From: Squalus acanthias
Lineage: Eukaryota
Assembly: GCA_030390025.1 (NCBI GenBank)
Contig: JASTWF010000034.1
Location: forward strand, 4,464,001 to 4,528,000
Direction of reading: 5' to 3'
Length of the DNA stretch: 64,000 bases
Below the pieces are notes generated by a model, which was not told the DNA's origin, made no database searches, and saw only the letters and a list, made by a program, of their open reading frames with translations. A program made the position numbers and the translations under genes. Shown here piece by piece: positions 53,540 to 64,000 of this stretch (its first letter is position 1; each line of letters begins with the position of its first letter).

Positions 53540-54020
53540 TTATTCTTTGGCAGTTTTTAACTGGTTAATATGATACCATTTCTTGTACTTAACACTTTTT
53601 TCCCCCGTAACTGAATCAAATAAACTGCGGGTTCAATCGGTCTATAATCGTCTGCGGTTCCCACCACCTAGGCTCAAAAGCATGCTTCTTTTTCCCATAA
53701 TTTGTAATCATTACGGTGTCCCCCCCATGATACTCAAAGGGACCTACTTTCTTATCAAAGTACCTTTTAAGCTGTCTTTTTGACTTCCCCAATTTCGTGG
53801 CCACAAATCGATTCATCTGATCGGTGTGATCTACCACTTGTTCAGCCAATTGGAACTATATGGTTCCATTGTCAAGGTGTTCATCCCCGTTAGTGCTAGC
53901 GAGCCTGGCGTTCTCATGAGTCTCCCGGTCATGGCCTGATATGGGGAGACTCCTGTTGTTTTATGAGGTGTGGCCCTCATTACCATTAAGCACATTGGCA
54001 GCATGTTAGCCCATTGACTG
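53540..54020 (-). pseudogene. pol: Retroelement integrase C-terminal half (frameshifted)
   Basis: QWANMLPMCLMVMRATPHKTTGVSPYQAMTGRLMRTP, KRYFDKKV, GDTVMI, FEPRW and WYHINQLK. Confidence 0.85.
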
Positions 54021-54777
54021 CATAGAAAGTTACAGCACGGAAGGAGATCATTTCGGCCCATCGTGTCCGCGCCAGCCAACAAAGAGCTAACCAGCCGAAT
54101 CCCACTTCCCAGCTCTTGGTCCATAGCCCTGCAGGTTAGAGCATCCCAAGGGCACATCCAAGTACTTTTTAAATGTGGTTAGGATTCCGGCCTTTAGCAC
54201 CCTTTCAGGCAGTGAGTTCCAGACCCCCACCACCCTCTGGGTGAATAAATGTCGCCTCTAATCCCCTCTAAATCTTCCACCAATTATTTTAAATCTGTGC
54301 CCCCTGGTTTTTGACCACTCTGCTAAGGGGAAAGGTCCTTTCTATCCACTTTATCTAGGCCCCTCATAATTTTAAACACCTCAATAAGGTCTCCCCTCAG
54401 CCTCCTCTGTTCCAAGGAATACAGACCCACCCTATCCAATCTTTCCTCATAGCTAAGATTCTCTACTCCCGGCAACATCCTTGTAAATCTCCTCTGTACC
54501 CTCTCTAGTGCAATCACATCTTTCCTGTAATGAGGTGACCAGAACTGAACGCAGTACTCTAGCTGAGGCCGAAGTAATGTTTTATACTGTTGAAACATAA
54601 CCCCTTGCTCTTGTATTCTGTGCCACGGCTAATAAAGGCAAGCATTCCGTATGCTTTCTTAACCAGATTATCTACCTGGCCTGCTACCTTCAGGGATCTG
54701 TGGACATGTGCTCCAATGTCCCTTTGTTCCTCTGCATTACTCAGTGTCCAACCATTTAATGTGTATTCCCTTGTCCA
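54021..54777 (-). mobile_element. 5'-truncated CR1, same subfamily as 1471-3050
   Basis: LEYCVQFWSPHYRKDVIALERVQRRFTRMLPG. The 3' UTR is nearly identical to 2820-3040. Confidence 0.93.
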
Positions 54778-54779
54778 CT

Positions 54780-55420
54780 TTTACCGGTACACCCCACCTA
54801 CAAAACATATGATTTAATACGTTTTGGCATCCGTGATTGTGGTGTTGGAGCGCCAGGGGAATGCTTCGATCCGTTTTGTGACCTCAGGCAGCGCTGGAGG
54901 ATTTTTATGATCACCCGCCCGGAACTAGAAGGGGACAACCTCACACAGGTCTTCCTGGATGCATGTTCCTCAGGATTAAAACAAGAAATGGACCTGGACA
55001 TACTGAGGGGGTCACAATATATGAGATTTAATTAGAACTAGGCCAAACACTCGGGCAGGAGGGCATTGATTTTCACCAGGTCCGAGCTAACACCAAACAG
55101 GGCCCTACCGAAAGCCCGAATGCTTTTTGTGCATAAACTACATGACATTTCCCAGCGCACCAGGGGCGGTGGAGGGAATTACTTCAAACACCCGAGCTTC
55201 AAAAATCTCTTTTTGAACGGCCTCCAACCATTGGTCCATAACGTGCTGAGCGTTTACGTCTCCAAAGACACCGCGTGGGAACAACTACGCACCCATGCCA
55301 GGACTGCTTGGGATCAGACCCGTGCCAATATCCCTAGGACACCTGCCAAGGCTGCAGTAGCGGCCGTTGAGGACCCGCTGCCTAACCAAAAGTCAGGGCC
55401 ATCTAGAACTCCAGACAGAG
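54780..55420 (+). pseudogene. gag: Gag/capsid-like remnant
   Basis: Frameshifted reading includes KQGPTESPNAF/HKL...FKNLFLNGL (major-homology-region-like). It lies directly upstream of RT. Confidence 0.6.
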
Positions 55421-57770
55421 AGTTCGGGACACACCCACCCTACTCTCTCAGCTTCCCAGCGGAAGGACAGTCTTCTCAACCCTGGATATTTCTAATGGCT
55501 TTTGGAGAATCCCAATAAGACGGAAGATCAGTTTAAATTCGCATTTACCTTCGAGGATCAGGGTTACACCTGGACGTGTTTGCCGCAGGGGTCCGATAAT
55601 GCCCCCATTATTTTTCCACAAACGTATGGCCAGGGTTCTGAAGAGCTTTCCACTACCTTCCAATTTGCTTCAATATGTTGATGATATCCTGCTTGCTGCC
55701 ACAGACGGCGCCCAGCACCGAAACCCCCTACAAGAACTATTGCGACTACTGAAGGGTGCCGGACTAAAGGTTCAACCACGTAAGGCACAATTGGCACAGG
55801 ACTGTGTTACCTTTAAAGGCGTCCGAATCGGAGCATCCGGCATCAGCCCGGAACGGCCCCAGGTCGAAACCATCCAGCGTCTATCCCTGCCCACCTCAAA
55901 GACTGCACTGCGTTCCTTCCTTGGGCTGGTGGGATATCAGCGGACCTTCATTCCACGGTTCACAGAGACTGCTGCACCACTTCATGAACTACTTAAAGGA
56001 GATGACCATCATATCAAACCCGGCTGGACTGAGGGCTGCATGGGCGCAGTGGCGCCGTTGAAGCAATCCGCCTACAGGCGACATGTCTGGTTTCACCCAA
56101 TCCCAGAAACCCCTCCACATGGTGTTCGGACCCAGGGAGAAAAGCCCTTCGCCGCCGTATGCCAAGATAACCAGGGCGGACTAGTAACTATCGCATCGGC
56201 CTCCAGAATCTTAAGGGGCGTCGAACTGACTTACTCCACTTGCGAAAGACACTTGTTGTCCACGATCTGGGCCGTCAAACACTTCACCACAATACGGCGT
56301 TCAAGCGGGTGATACTACAGATTCCACATACACCTCTGAACCTGTTGCTCCGGCCCGGAGACACGCTGGTGTCATCAGCCCGGCTGAGCCATTGGACATT
56401 GGAACTGACTCAGCGCGACCTGGAGATCACTCCCAAACCAATTACCTCACTGCCTCAGCGTCTCCTGTACGACGAACCACCACACGAATGTTCCCTTCCT
56501 CCGCTGGATTTCTGCATCCCTTCGGTCCAGGCAGAGCTGATTCAGGACGCTCCGGATGCCTTTATCGAGGGATCGTCATTTCACAAGGACGGTAAACCGT
56601 GCACCGGGTTCGCCATTATCTTGCCGAATGAGGTCATTCATTAAACATGTAGCCCTCATTCGGCACAGTACACTGAGGTGGCTGCCCCCGTCACTGCCAT
56701 TCAGTTTACCAGTTCTCAAAGTATGATTATTTGGTCCGACAGTGCCTCTGCTATCAACACCCTGCTCTCCTTACCCCTGTGTGCCCGGAATAACGTTTGC
56801 ATGACCGACGGTAAACTCTTGTTACACGCGGTCCTTTTTCGGGTTCTGGACGCGGTGTTGCGGGGACGTATGGCACCTGTCTATATGGGCACGGTTAGGG
56901 CACATTCCCGCTCCATGGAACCACTAGCCAGGGGCAACTCCTCTGCAGACAAGGCAGCAAAGCAGGCCGGAATAGTGGCCTGTTTGTGGGGGCAAAACCC
57001 CAGGAAACTGACCCGTTACCCGTATCAGCTGTAAGCCCGGCCAACGATCCAGCCTCCTTGCAAGCCATGTACGACCCATACTCGATCGTAATCGCATGGC
57101 ACCTGCAGGGCCAGCCTTACTGGGCCAACCCCGTTAACCCCGCTCACCTCCCTTCACCAGGATGCGCCCGGCACCCTGCTATACATCCTCATGTACGTCA
57201 GTACCCCGGATGTCTGCGTCACCTGCGCCCCCCAGCTATGGGAGGAGAATTATTCGATTTACTACGGAGCCTGGACACACATCCAGATAGACTTTATAGG
57301 CACCCTCGTCACGGCGCCCTCGGGCTACAAATACTGTCTGGTCCTAATAGACATATTGATGAAATGGATTGAGGCTTTCCGCTGTAGAATGAACACAGCC
57401 CTGACAGCAGCAAAACTGCTTTTGTGTGAGGTGGTCTGCAGGTGCGGAATAACAATCCAGGTGGATAGTAACCAAGAGACTCATTTTACCAGCAAAATGT
57501 TCTCAGAACTTCAGAGACTCATGAAATTCTCCCACAAATTGCATGTAGTGCACCACCCACAATCATCAGGGGTAGTGGATTGGGGAAATCGAACCCTTAA
57601 AACCATGCTGGAAACGTTTTGTACGGACCACCCCAGACAGTGGTTTAACATGTTATCCAACTGTCTGATGGCCATGAGAGCAAACCCACATAGCACCACA
57701 GATATTTCAGCTTTAAGGCTATGACGGGGTGGTTAATGAGAAGGCCTGCCCACCTCCTCACTCCACCCCT
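55421..57770 (+). pseudogene. pol: Retrovirus-like pol remnant: RT - degenerate RNase H (tether) - second RNase H - integrase
   Basis: VFSTLDISNGFW, FAFTF, YTWTCLPQG, QYVDD and LRSFLGLVGY; YSTCERHLL; FIEGSS, SAQYTE, IWSDS, VRAH and GNSSAD; CVTC, IQIDFIG, VDSNQ and HPQSSG. Confidence 0.9.
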
Positions 57771-57790
57771 CACCCCACTTCGCCAGGGGA

Positions 57791-59445
57791 CAAGGCCAGC
57801 ATTTATTGCTCATCCATAGTTGCCCTTGAGAAGGTGGTGGAGAGCCGCTTTCTTGAACCGCTGCAGTCCGTGTGCTGAAGGTATTCCCACAGTGCTGTTA
57901 GCTACGGAGTTCCAGGATTTTGACCCAGCGATCATGAAGGATCGGCGATATACTTCTAAGTCAGTATGGTGTGTGACTTAGAGGGGAACTTGGAGGTGGT
58001 GGTGTTCCCATGCGCCTGCTGCCCATGTCCTTCTAGGTGGAAGAGTTCGCGGGTTTGGGAGGTGCTACCGAAGAAGGCTTGGTGAATTGCTTTAGTGCAT
58101 CATGTAAATGTTACACACTGCAGCCACGGAACGCCGGTGGTGGAGGGAGTGAATGTTTAAGATGGTAGATGGGGTGCCAATCAAGCGGGCTGCTTTGTCC
58201 TGGATGGTGTCGAGCTTCTTGATTGTTCTTGGAACTGCACTCAACCATGCAAGTGGAGAGTATTCCATCACACTCCTTACTTGTGCGATGTAGATGGTGG
58301 AAAGGCTTTGGGGAGTGAGGAGTTGAGACACTCGCCGCAGAATACCTAGCCTCTGACCTGCTCTTGTTGCCATAGTATTTATGTGGCTGGTCCAGTTAAG
58401 TTTCTGGTCAATGGTGACCAAAAGGATGTTGATGATGGAGGATTCGGCGATGGTAATGTCGTTTAATATCAAGGGGCGGTGGTTAGACTCTCGCTTCTTG
58501 GAGATAGTCATTACCGTGCACGTCTGTGTTGCGAATGTTACCTGCCACTTGTAAGCCCAAGCCTGAATGTCGTCCAGCTCTTTTTGCATGCGGGCATGGA
58601 CTGCTTCATTATCTGTACAGCTGAGATTGGCACTGAACACTGTGCAGTCATCAGCGAACACTACTATTTCTGACCTTATGTTGAAGGGGAAGCCATTGAT
58701 GAAGCAGCGGAAATGGTTGGGCCTAGGTCACTGCCCTGACGAACTCCTGCAGCGATGACCTGGGGCTGTGATGATTGACATTCAGCCACCACAGTCATCT
58801 TCCTTTCTGCTAGGTATGACTCCAGCCAGTGGAGAGTTTTCCCCCGATTCCCATTGACTTCAGTTTGACTAGGGCTCCTTGATGCCACATTCGGTCAAAT
58901 GCTGCCTTGATGTCAAGGGCAGTCACTCTCACCTCGCTCTGGAATTCAGCTCCTTTGTCCATGTTTGGACCAAGGCTGTAATGAGATCGGGAGCAGAGTT
59001 GTCTTGGCAGATCCCAAACTGGGCATCAGTGAGCAGGTTATTGGTAAGTAAGTGCCGCTAGCACTGTCGATGACACCTTCCGTCACGTTGCTGATGATTG
59101 AGAGTAGACTAATGTGGCAGTAACTGGCCGCATTGGATTTGTCCTCATTTTTGTGGACAGGGCTTACCTGGGCAGTTTTCCACATTGTCGGATATATGCC
59201 AGTGTTGTATCTGTACTGGAACAGCTTGGCTAGAGGCGCGGCTAGTTCTGGAGCACAAGTCTTCAGCACGACAGCCGGGATGTTGTCGGGGCCCACAGCC
59301 TTTGTTGTATCCAGTGCGCTCAGCCGTTTCTTGATATCACGTGGAGTGAATCGAATTGGCTGAAGACTGGCTTCTGTGATGGTGGGAACCTCAGGAGTAG
59401 GCCGATATGGATCATCCACTCGGCACTTCTAACTGAAGATGGTTG
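57791..59445 (-). mobile_element. Divergent CR1/L2-clade LINE (RT plus 3' UTR), decayed
   Basis: KAVGPDNIP, AGVRQGSDLGP, MFADD, WAYKWQVTF and LHHRR motifs. Distinct from the other CR1s in this window. Confidence 0.88.
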
Positions 59446-59514
59446 AAAATCTGTCTCAAAAACTGCAGAACTTCGATTTTACACATGAGATAAGGACTCA
59501 ATACCTTATTTTTT

Positions 59515-59980
59515 CACAGAATCATAGAATCATACAGCACAGAAGCAGGCCATTCGGTCCATGTAGCCTGTGCCGGCCCTTTGAAAGAGCTATTCAATTA
59601 GTCCGAATCCCCTGTCCTTTTGCCATAGCCCTGCAAATCCCTCACTTCCAGTATTGATCCCATTCACTTTTTAAAGTTATTATTGAATCTCCTTCTATCA
59701 CCTTTCCAGGCAGTGCATTCCAGATCATAATAACTCGCCGCGTAAAACACATTCTCCTCAGCTTCCCTCTGTTTTTTTGCCAATTATCCTAAATCTTTGT
59801 CTTTTGGTTACGACCCTTCCGCCACTGGAAACAGTTCCTCATTATTTACTCTATCCAAATCCTTGAACAACTCCATTAAATCTCCCCTTAACCTTCTCTG
59901 GTCGAAGGGGGGAAATCTCAGCTTCTCCAGTCTCTCCATATAACTGAAACGTCTCATCTCTGGTACCATTCCAGTAAATG
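59515..59980 (-). mobile_element. Old CR1 3' fragment
   Basis: Tail cagaatcatagaatcatacagcacaga. ORF 59808-60104 includes SYMERLEKL...QRRLRGDL. Confidence 0.85.
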
Positions 59981-59984
59981 CCCT

Positions 59985-60075
59985 CTTCTCATGGGGAACT
60001 AGGGATGGGAAAGTAATACCGGCCTTGACAGCGTCACCCCTAGCCTGAGAAGAAATACATAGAAATAATAAAATT
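59985..60075 (+). mobile_element. Short diverged LINE 3' tail related to the 57791 end
   Basis: ggggaactagggatgggaaagtaataccggccttg resembles the reverse complement of 57791-57830. An A-rich end follows. Confidence 0.5.
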
Positions 60076-61267
60076 GGATTAAAATCAATGATTTTATAAT
60101 TCATTGATTGAAACCAGATGAGGCCTGTGATCAGAGCGGGGCGTCAAGTATGCTAAACAAATTGTCAACAACACTTGGATCTACAATTCTATCGTTGTAT
60201 GATTGATACTACTCACACTTTCCCAATCCCCCTATCCTTACAAAAGGTGCTTGATAAAGTATCACATATTACCAAAATTGAAGCCCATGGGATTAAAGTG
60301 GCAGTGATAACAGTGAGTGGTGTGGAACAATATTAGTATTACAGTGAGTGCTGTGGGGAATAACAGCCCAGAGTGTGGCATGTATCATAGTGTGACAGTG
60401 AGTGGTGTGGGGTTTATCAGTATGTAAGAGAGGATTACAATGAGGGGTGTATCAGAGTGTTACAGTGAGGGGGTTGGGATATGTAAGAGAGGATTACAGT
60501 GAGAGCTGTATCAAAGTTTTACAGTGAGGGTTGTGGGGTTTATCAACGTGTTGCAGTGAGGTGCGTGGGGTATATCAAAGAGTTAAAGTGAGTCGTGTGG
60601 GCTATATCAGAGTGTTACAGTGAAGGCTGTGGGCCATATCAGAGAGTTAGAGAGAGAGGTGTCCAGTATATCAGAGTGTTAGAGTGAGGAGTGTGGGGTA
60701 AATCGCAGTGTTACAGCGAGGGATGTGGGCTAATCAAAGTTACAGTGAGTGATGTGGGGTGTATCATAGTCTTGCAGTGAGTGGTGTGTGGTAAATCACA
60801 GTTTTACATTGAGGGGTGTGAGGTATATCAGAGTGTTAAAGGGAGGTGAGTGGCATATATCGGTCCATTACAGTAGAGGTTTGGGTTATGTAAGAGGATT
60901 AAAGTGAGGGTTATATCAGAGTGCTCAAGTGAATGATGTGGATATATCAGAGTGTTAAAGGGAGGTGAGTGGGGTATATCAGATTGTTACAGCGAGGGGT
61001 GTGGGCTATATCAGAGTGTAACCGTGTGGTGTGATAGGTATATCAGAGTGTTACCATGAGGGGTGTGGGATATATCGGTGTGTTACAGTGAGGGGTGTGT
61101 GGGATATATCAAAGGGTTATAGTCAGGGGAGTGGGTTTATATCAGAATGCTACAGTGAGGGGTGTGGTGTACATCAGAGTAATAAAATGAGCGGTGTGGG
61201 TTTATATCAGATTGTTACATTAAGGGGTGTCGGGTATATCAGTGTGTTACAGTGAGGGGTGCGGGGT

Positions 61268-63616
61268 ACATAAGAACATAAGTACATAAGAAATAGGAGC
61301 AGGAGTAGGCCAATCGGCCCCTCGAGCCTGCTCCGCCATTCAATAAGATCATGGCTGATCTGATCCTAACCGCCAATCTACTATCACAGAACCATCTCCT
61401 GCATCTAACAGAATTGCACACACGAAATAGGAGCAGAATCAGGCTACACGGTCCCTGGGCCCGCTCCACTACCCACAGGGCCATGACCGATCCGAACCTC
61501 GACTCATGTCCAAATTCCTGCCCGATCCCCGTAACCCTTAATGCCCTTTACTTCTAGGAAACTGTCTATTTCTGTTTTAAATTTATTTAATGATGTAGCT
61601 TCTACAGCTTTTTGTGGCAGCATATTCCATGGACCTACCACCCTCTGAGTGAAGTAGTTCCTCCTCATATCAGTTTTGAAAGAGCAGCCCCTTATTCTAA
61701 GACTATGTCCCCTAGTTCTAGTCTCACCCGTTATCGGGAACATCCTCCCCGCATCCACCCGATCCAACCCCTTCACAATCTTACATGTTTCAATAATATC
61801 GCCTCTCATTCTTCTGAACTCCAATGAGTAGAGTCCCAATCTACACAACCTCTCCTCATATGACCACCCCCTCATCCCCGGGATTAACCGAGTGAACCTT
61901 TTTTGCACTGCCTCGAGAGCAAGGATGTCTTTCCTTAAGTAAGGACACCAAAACTGTATGCAGTATTCCAGGTGCGGTCTCACCAATACCTTGTACAACT
62001 GAAGCAATACCTCCCTATTTTTATATTCTATCCCCCTAGCAATGAAAGCCAACATTCCATTTGCCTTCTTAATCACTTGCTGCACCTGCATACTAACCTT
62101 TTGAGTTTCGTGCACCAGGACCCCCAGATCCCTTTGCACTTCAGTACTCTCCAGTTTCTTGCCATTAAGATAATAAATTGCTCTAGGATTTTTCCTGCCA
62201 AAGTGCATCACCTCACACTTTCCAGTGTTGTATTCCATCTGCCAAATCTCTGCCCACTTACTTAGCCTGTCTATGTCCCCTTGCAGGTTTTTTATGTCCT
62301 CCTCACTCACTACTTTCCCTCCCATCTTTGTATCATCTGCAAATTTTGATATGTTACACTTGGTCCCTTCCTCCAAATCGTTAATATAGATTGTAAAGAG
62401 TTGGGGACCCAGCACTGACCCCTGTGGAACACCACTAGTTACTGATTGCCAGTCTGAGAATGAACCATTTATCCCAACTCTTTGCTTTCTGTTAGATAGC
62501 CAATCCTCTATCCATGCCAGAATATTACCCCCAATCCCGTGATTTTTTACCTTAAGCAATAATCTTTTATGTGGCACCTTGTCAAATGCCTTTTGGAAGT
62601 CTAAATACACTACGTCCACTGGTTCCCCTTTATCCACTCTATATGTTACTTCCTCAAAGAACTCCAGCAAATTTGTCAAACATGACTTCCCCTTCGTAAA
62701 ACCATGCTGACTTTGTCCTATTAAATTATGATTATCCAAATGTCCTGTTACTGTTTCCTTAATAATGGACTCCAAAATTTTACCTACCACAGATGTTAGG
62801 CTAACCGGTCTATAGTTACCAGCCTTCTGTCTACTGCCATTTTTAAATAAGGGTGTTACATTAGCAGTTTTCCAGTCTGCCGGGACCTTAGCGGAATCCA
62901 GGGAGTTTTGAAAAATTATTACCAATGCATCTACAATCCCTACCGCCACTTCCTTCAAGACTCTAGGATGTAAGCCATCAGGTCCAGGTGATTTATCCGC
63001 CTTGAGTCCCATTATTTTACCGAGTACCACTTCCTTAGTGATTTTGATCGTGTTTAGCACCTCTCCCCCTATAGCCCCCTGTTTGTCCAGTGTTGGGATA
63101 TTCTTAGTGTCCTCTACTGTAAAGACTGATACAAAATATTCATTCAGTGTTTTTGCCATCTCCATATTTCCCACCATTAATTTCCCGGTCTCATCCTCTA
63201 AGGGACCAACATTTACTTTAGCCACCCTATTTCTTTTTATATAACTATAAAAACTCTTACTATCTGTTTTTATATTTTTTGCTAATTTACTTTCATATTC
63301 TATCTTCCCTTTCTTAATCAATCTTTTTGTTATTTTTTGCTGCCTTTTAAAGTTTTCCCAATCCTCTGTCCTCCCACTAGATTTCGCTACCTTATATGCC
63401 CTTGTTTTTAGTCGAATACTATCCTTAATTTCTTTACTTAGCCACGGATGACTGTCCTTTCTTTTACACCCTTTTCTTTTCAGTGGAATATATATTTTTT
63501 GGAAGTTGTAAAATAACTCCTTGAATGTACACCACTGATCATGTGTTGTCTTACCCTTTAATCTATTTTCCCAATCCACTCTACTCAATTCCGCCCGCAT
63601 ACCTTCATAGTCTCCT
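61268..63616 (-). mobile_element. Young 5'-truncated CR1, same subfamily as the two satellite-embedded copies
   Basis: Uninterrupted 698-aa ORF. The 3' UTR is near-identical to 22650-22893. Confidence 0.97.
61504..63600 (-). CDS. CR1 ORF2 reverse transcriptase, intact from the truncation point (no endonuclease)
   Basis: NYRPVSLTS, QHGF, DFQKAFDKVPH, SGVPQGSVLGP and KFADD, with no stops. Confidence 0.85.
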   Translation of the reverse strand: MRAELSRVDWENRLKGKTTHDQWCTFKELFYNFQKIYIPLKRKGCKRKDSHPWLSKEIKDSIRLKTRAYKVAKSSGRTEDWENFKRQQKITKRLIKKGKIEYESKLAKNIKTDSKSFYSYIKRNRVAKVNVGPLEDETGKLMVGNMEMAKTLNEYFVSVFTVEDTKNIPTLDKQGAIGGEVLNTIKITKEVVLGKIMGLKADKSPGPDGLHPRVLKEVAVGIVDALVIIFQNSLDSAKVPADWKTANVTPLFKNGSRQKAGNYRPVSLTSVVGKILESIIKETVTGHLDNHNLIGQSQHGFTKGKSCLTNLLEFFEEVTYRVDKGEPVDVVYLDFQKAFDKVPHKRLLLKVKNHGIGGNILAWIEDWLSNRKQRVGINGSFSDWQSVTSGVPQGSVLGPQLFTIYINDLEEGTKCNISKFADDTKMGGKVVSEEDIKNLQGDIDRLSKWAEIWQMEYNTGKCEVMHFGRKNPRAIYYLNGKKLESTEVQRDLGVLVHETQKVSMQVQQVIKKANGMLAFIARGIEYKNREVLLQLYKVLVRPHLEYCIQFWCPYLRKDILALEAVQKRFTRLIPGMRGWSYEERLCRLGLYSLEFRRMRGDIIETCKIVKGLDRVDAGRMFPITGETRTRGHSLRIRGCSFKTDMRRNYFTQRVVGPWNMLPQKAVEATSLNKFKTEIDSFLEVKGIKGYGDRAGIWT

Positions 63617-64000
63617 AGTATATCAGAGTGTTACAGTAAGTCAGGTGGCGTATATCAGCGTGTTAAAGCGAGGCGTGTGGAATATATCAGAGAGTTACAG
63701 TGAGGGATGTGGGGCATATCAGAGTGTTACAGTGAGGGGTGTGAGGTATATCAGAGTGTTACAGTGAGTTGTGTGGGGTATATCATAGTGTTACACTGAG
63801 GGGTGTGGGGTATATCAGAGTTTTACAGTGAGTTGTGTGGGGTATATCAGAGTGTTATATTGAGGGGTGTGGGTATATCAGAGAGTTACAGTGAGTCGTG
63901 TGGGATATATCAGTGTGTTACAGCGAGGGGTGTGGGGTATATTAGAGTCTTAGAGTGAGTCGTGTGGGATATATCAGTGTTTTACAGCGAGAGGTGTGGG

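Larger units (their letters stand above)
60310..64000. repeat. ~32-bp minisatellite (gtgaggggtgtggggtatatcagagtgttaca), split by a CR1
   Basis: Tandem units at 60310-61267 and 63617-64000. Confidence 0.92.

Noticed and set aside
52615..57770. A single intact provirus or a domesticated host gene
   Set aside because: The two halves are on opposite strands with overlapping, diverged integrase segments. They carry many frameshifts and stops, and there is no 5' LTR, PBS or protease.

Overview
Repeat-dominated vertebrate genomic DNA, most likely from a cartilaginous fish (shark-type V-SINE/HE1-like SINEs, abundant CR1 LINEs, Penelope-derived ends). I could not recognise any host protein-coding gene. 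From left to right the window holds: a CT/CA compound repeat; several CR1 LINEs, including a decayed, near full-length copy at 5.3-11.0 kb that carries two nested insertions; G-rich 26-bp, 65/66-bp and 32-bp tandem repeats; a 200-N gap; a young CR1; and a ~34.6-kb 51/52-bp satellite array with higher-order duplications and datable TE insertions. Beyond the array lie two divergently oriented, decayed LTR retroelements, then further CR1/L2-type LINEs in a minisatellite. The most notable item is the + strand element at 54.8-57.8 kb. It has a retrovirus-like gag-RT(YVDD)-dead RNase H-second RNase H-integrase layout, reminiscent of loki-/spuma-like retroviruses or Odin elements rather than ordinary Ty3/Gypsy. 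Hammerhead-ribozyme-like Penelope ends and a near-perfect 60-bp hairpin insertion are also present. All family assignments come from motif reading only; no searches were run.
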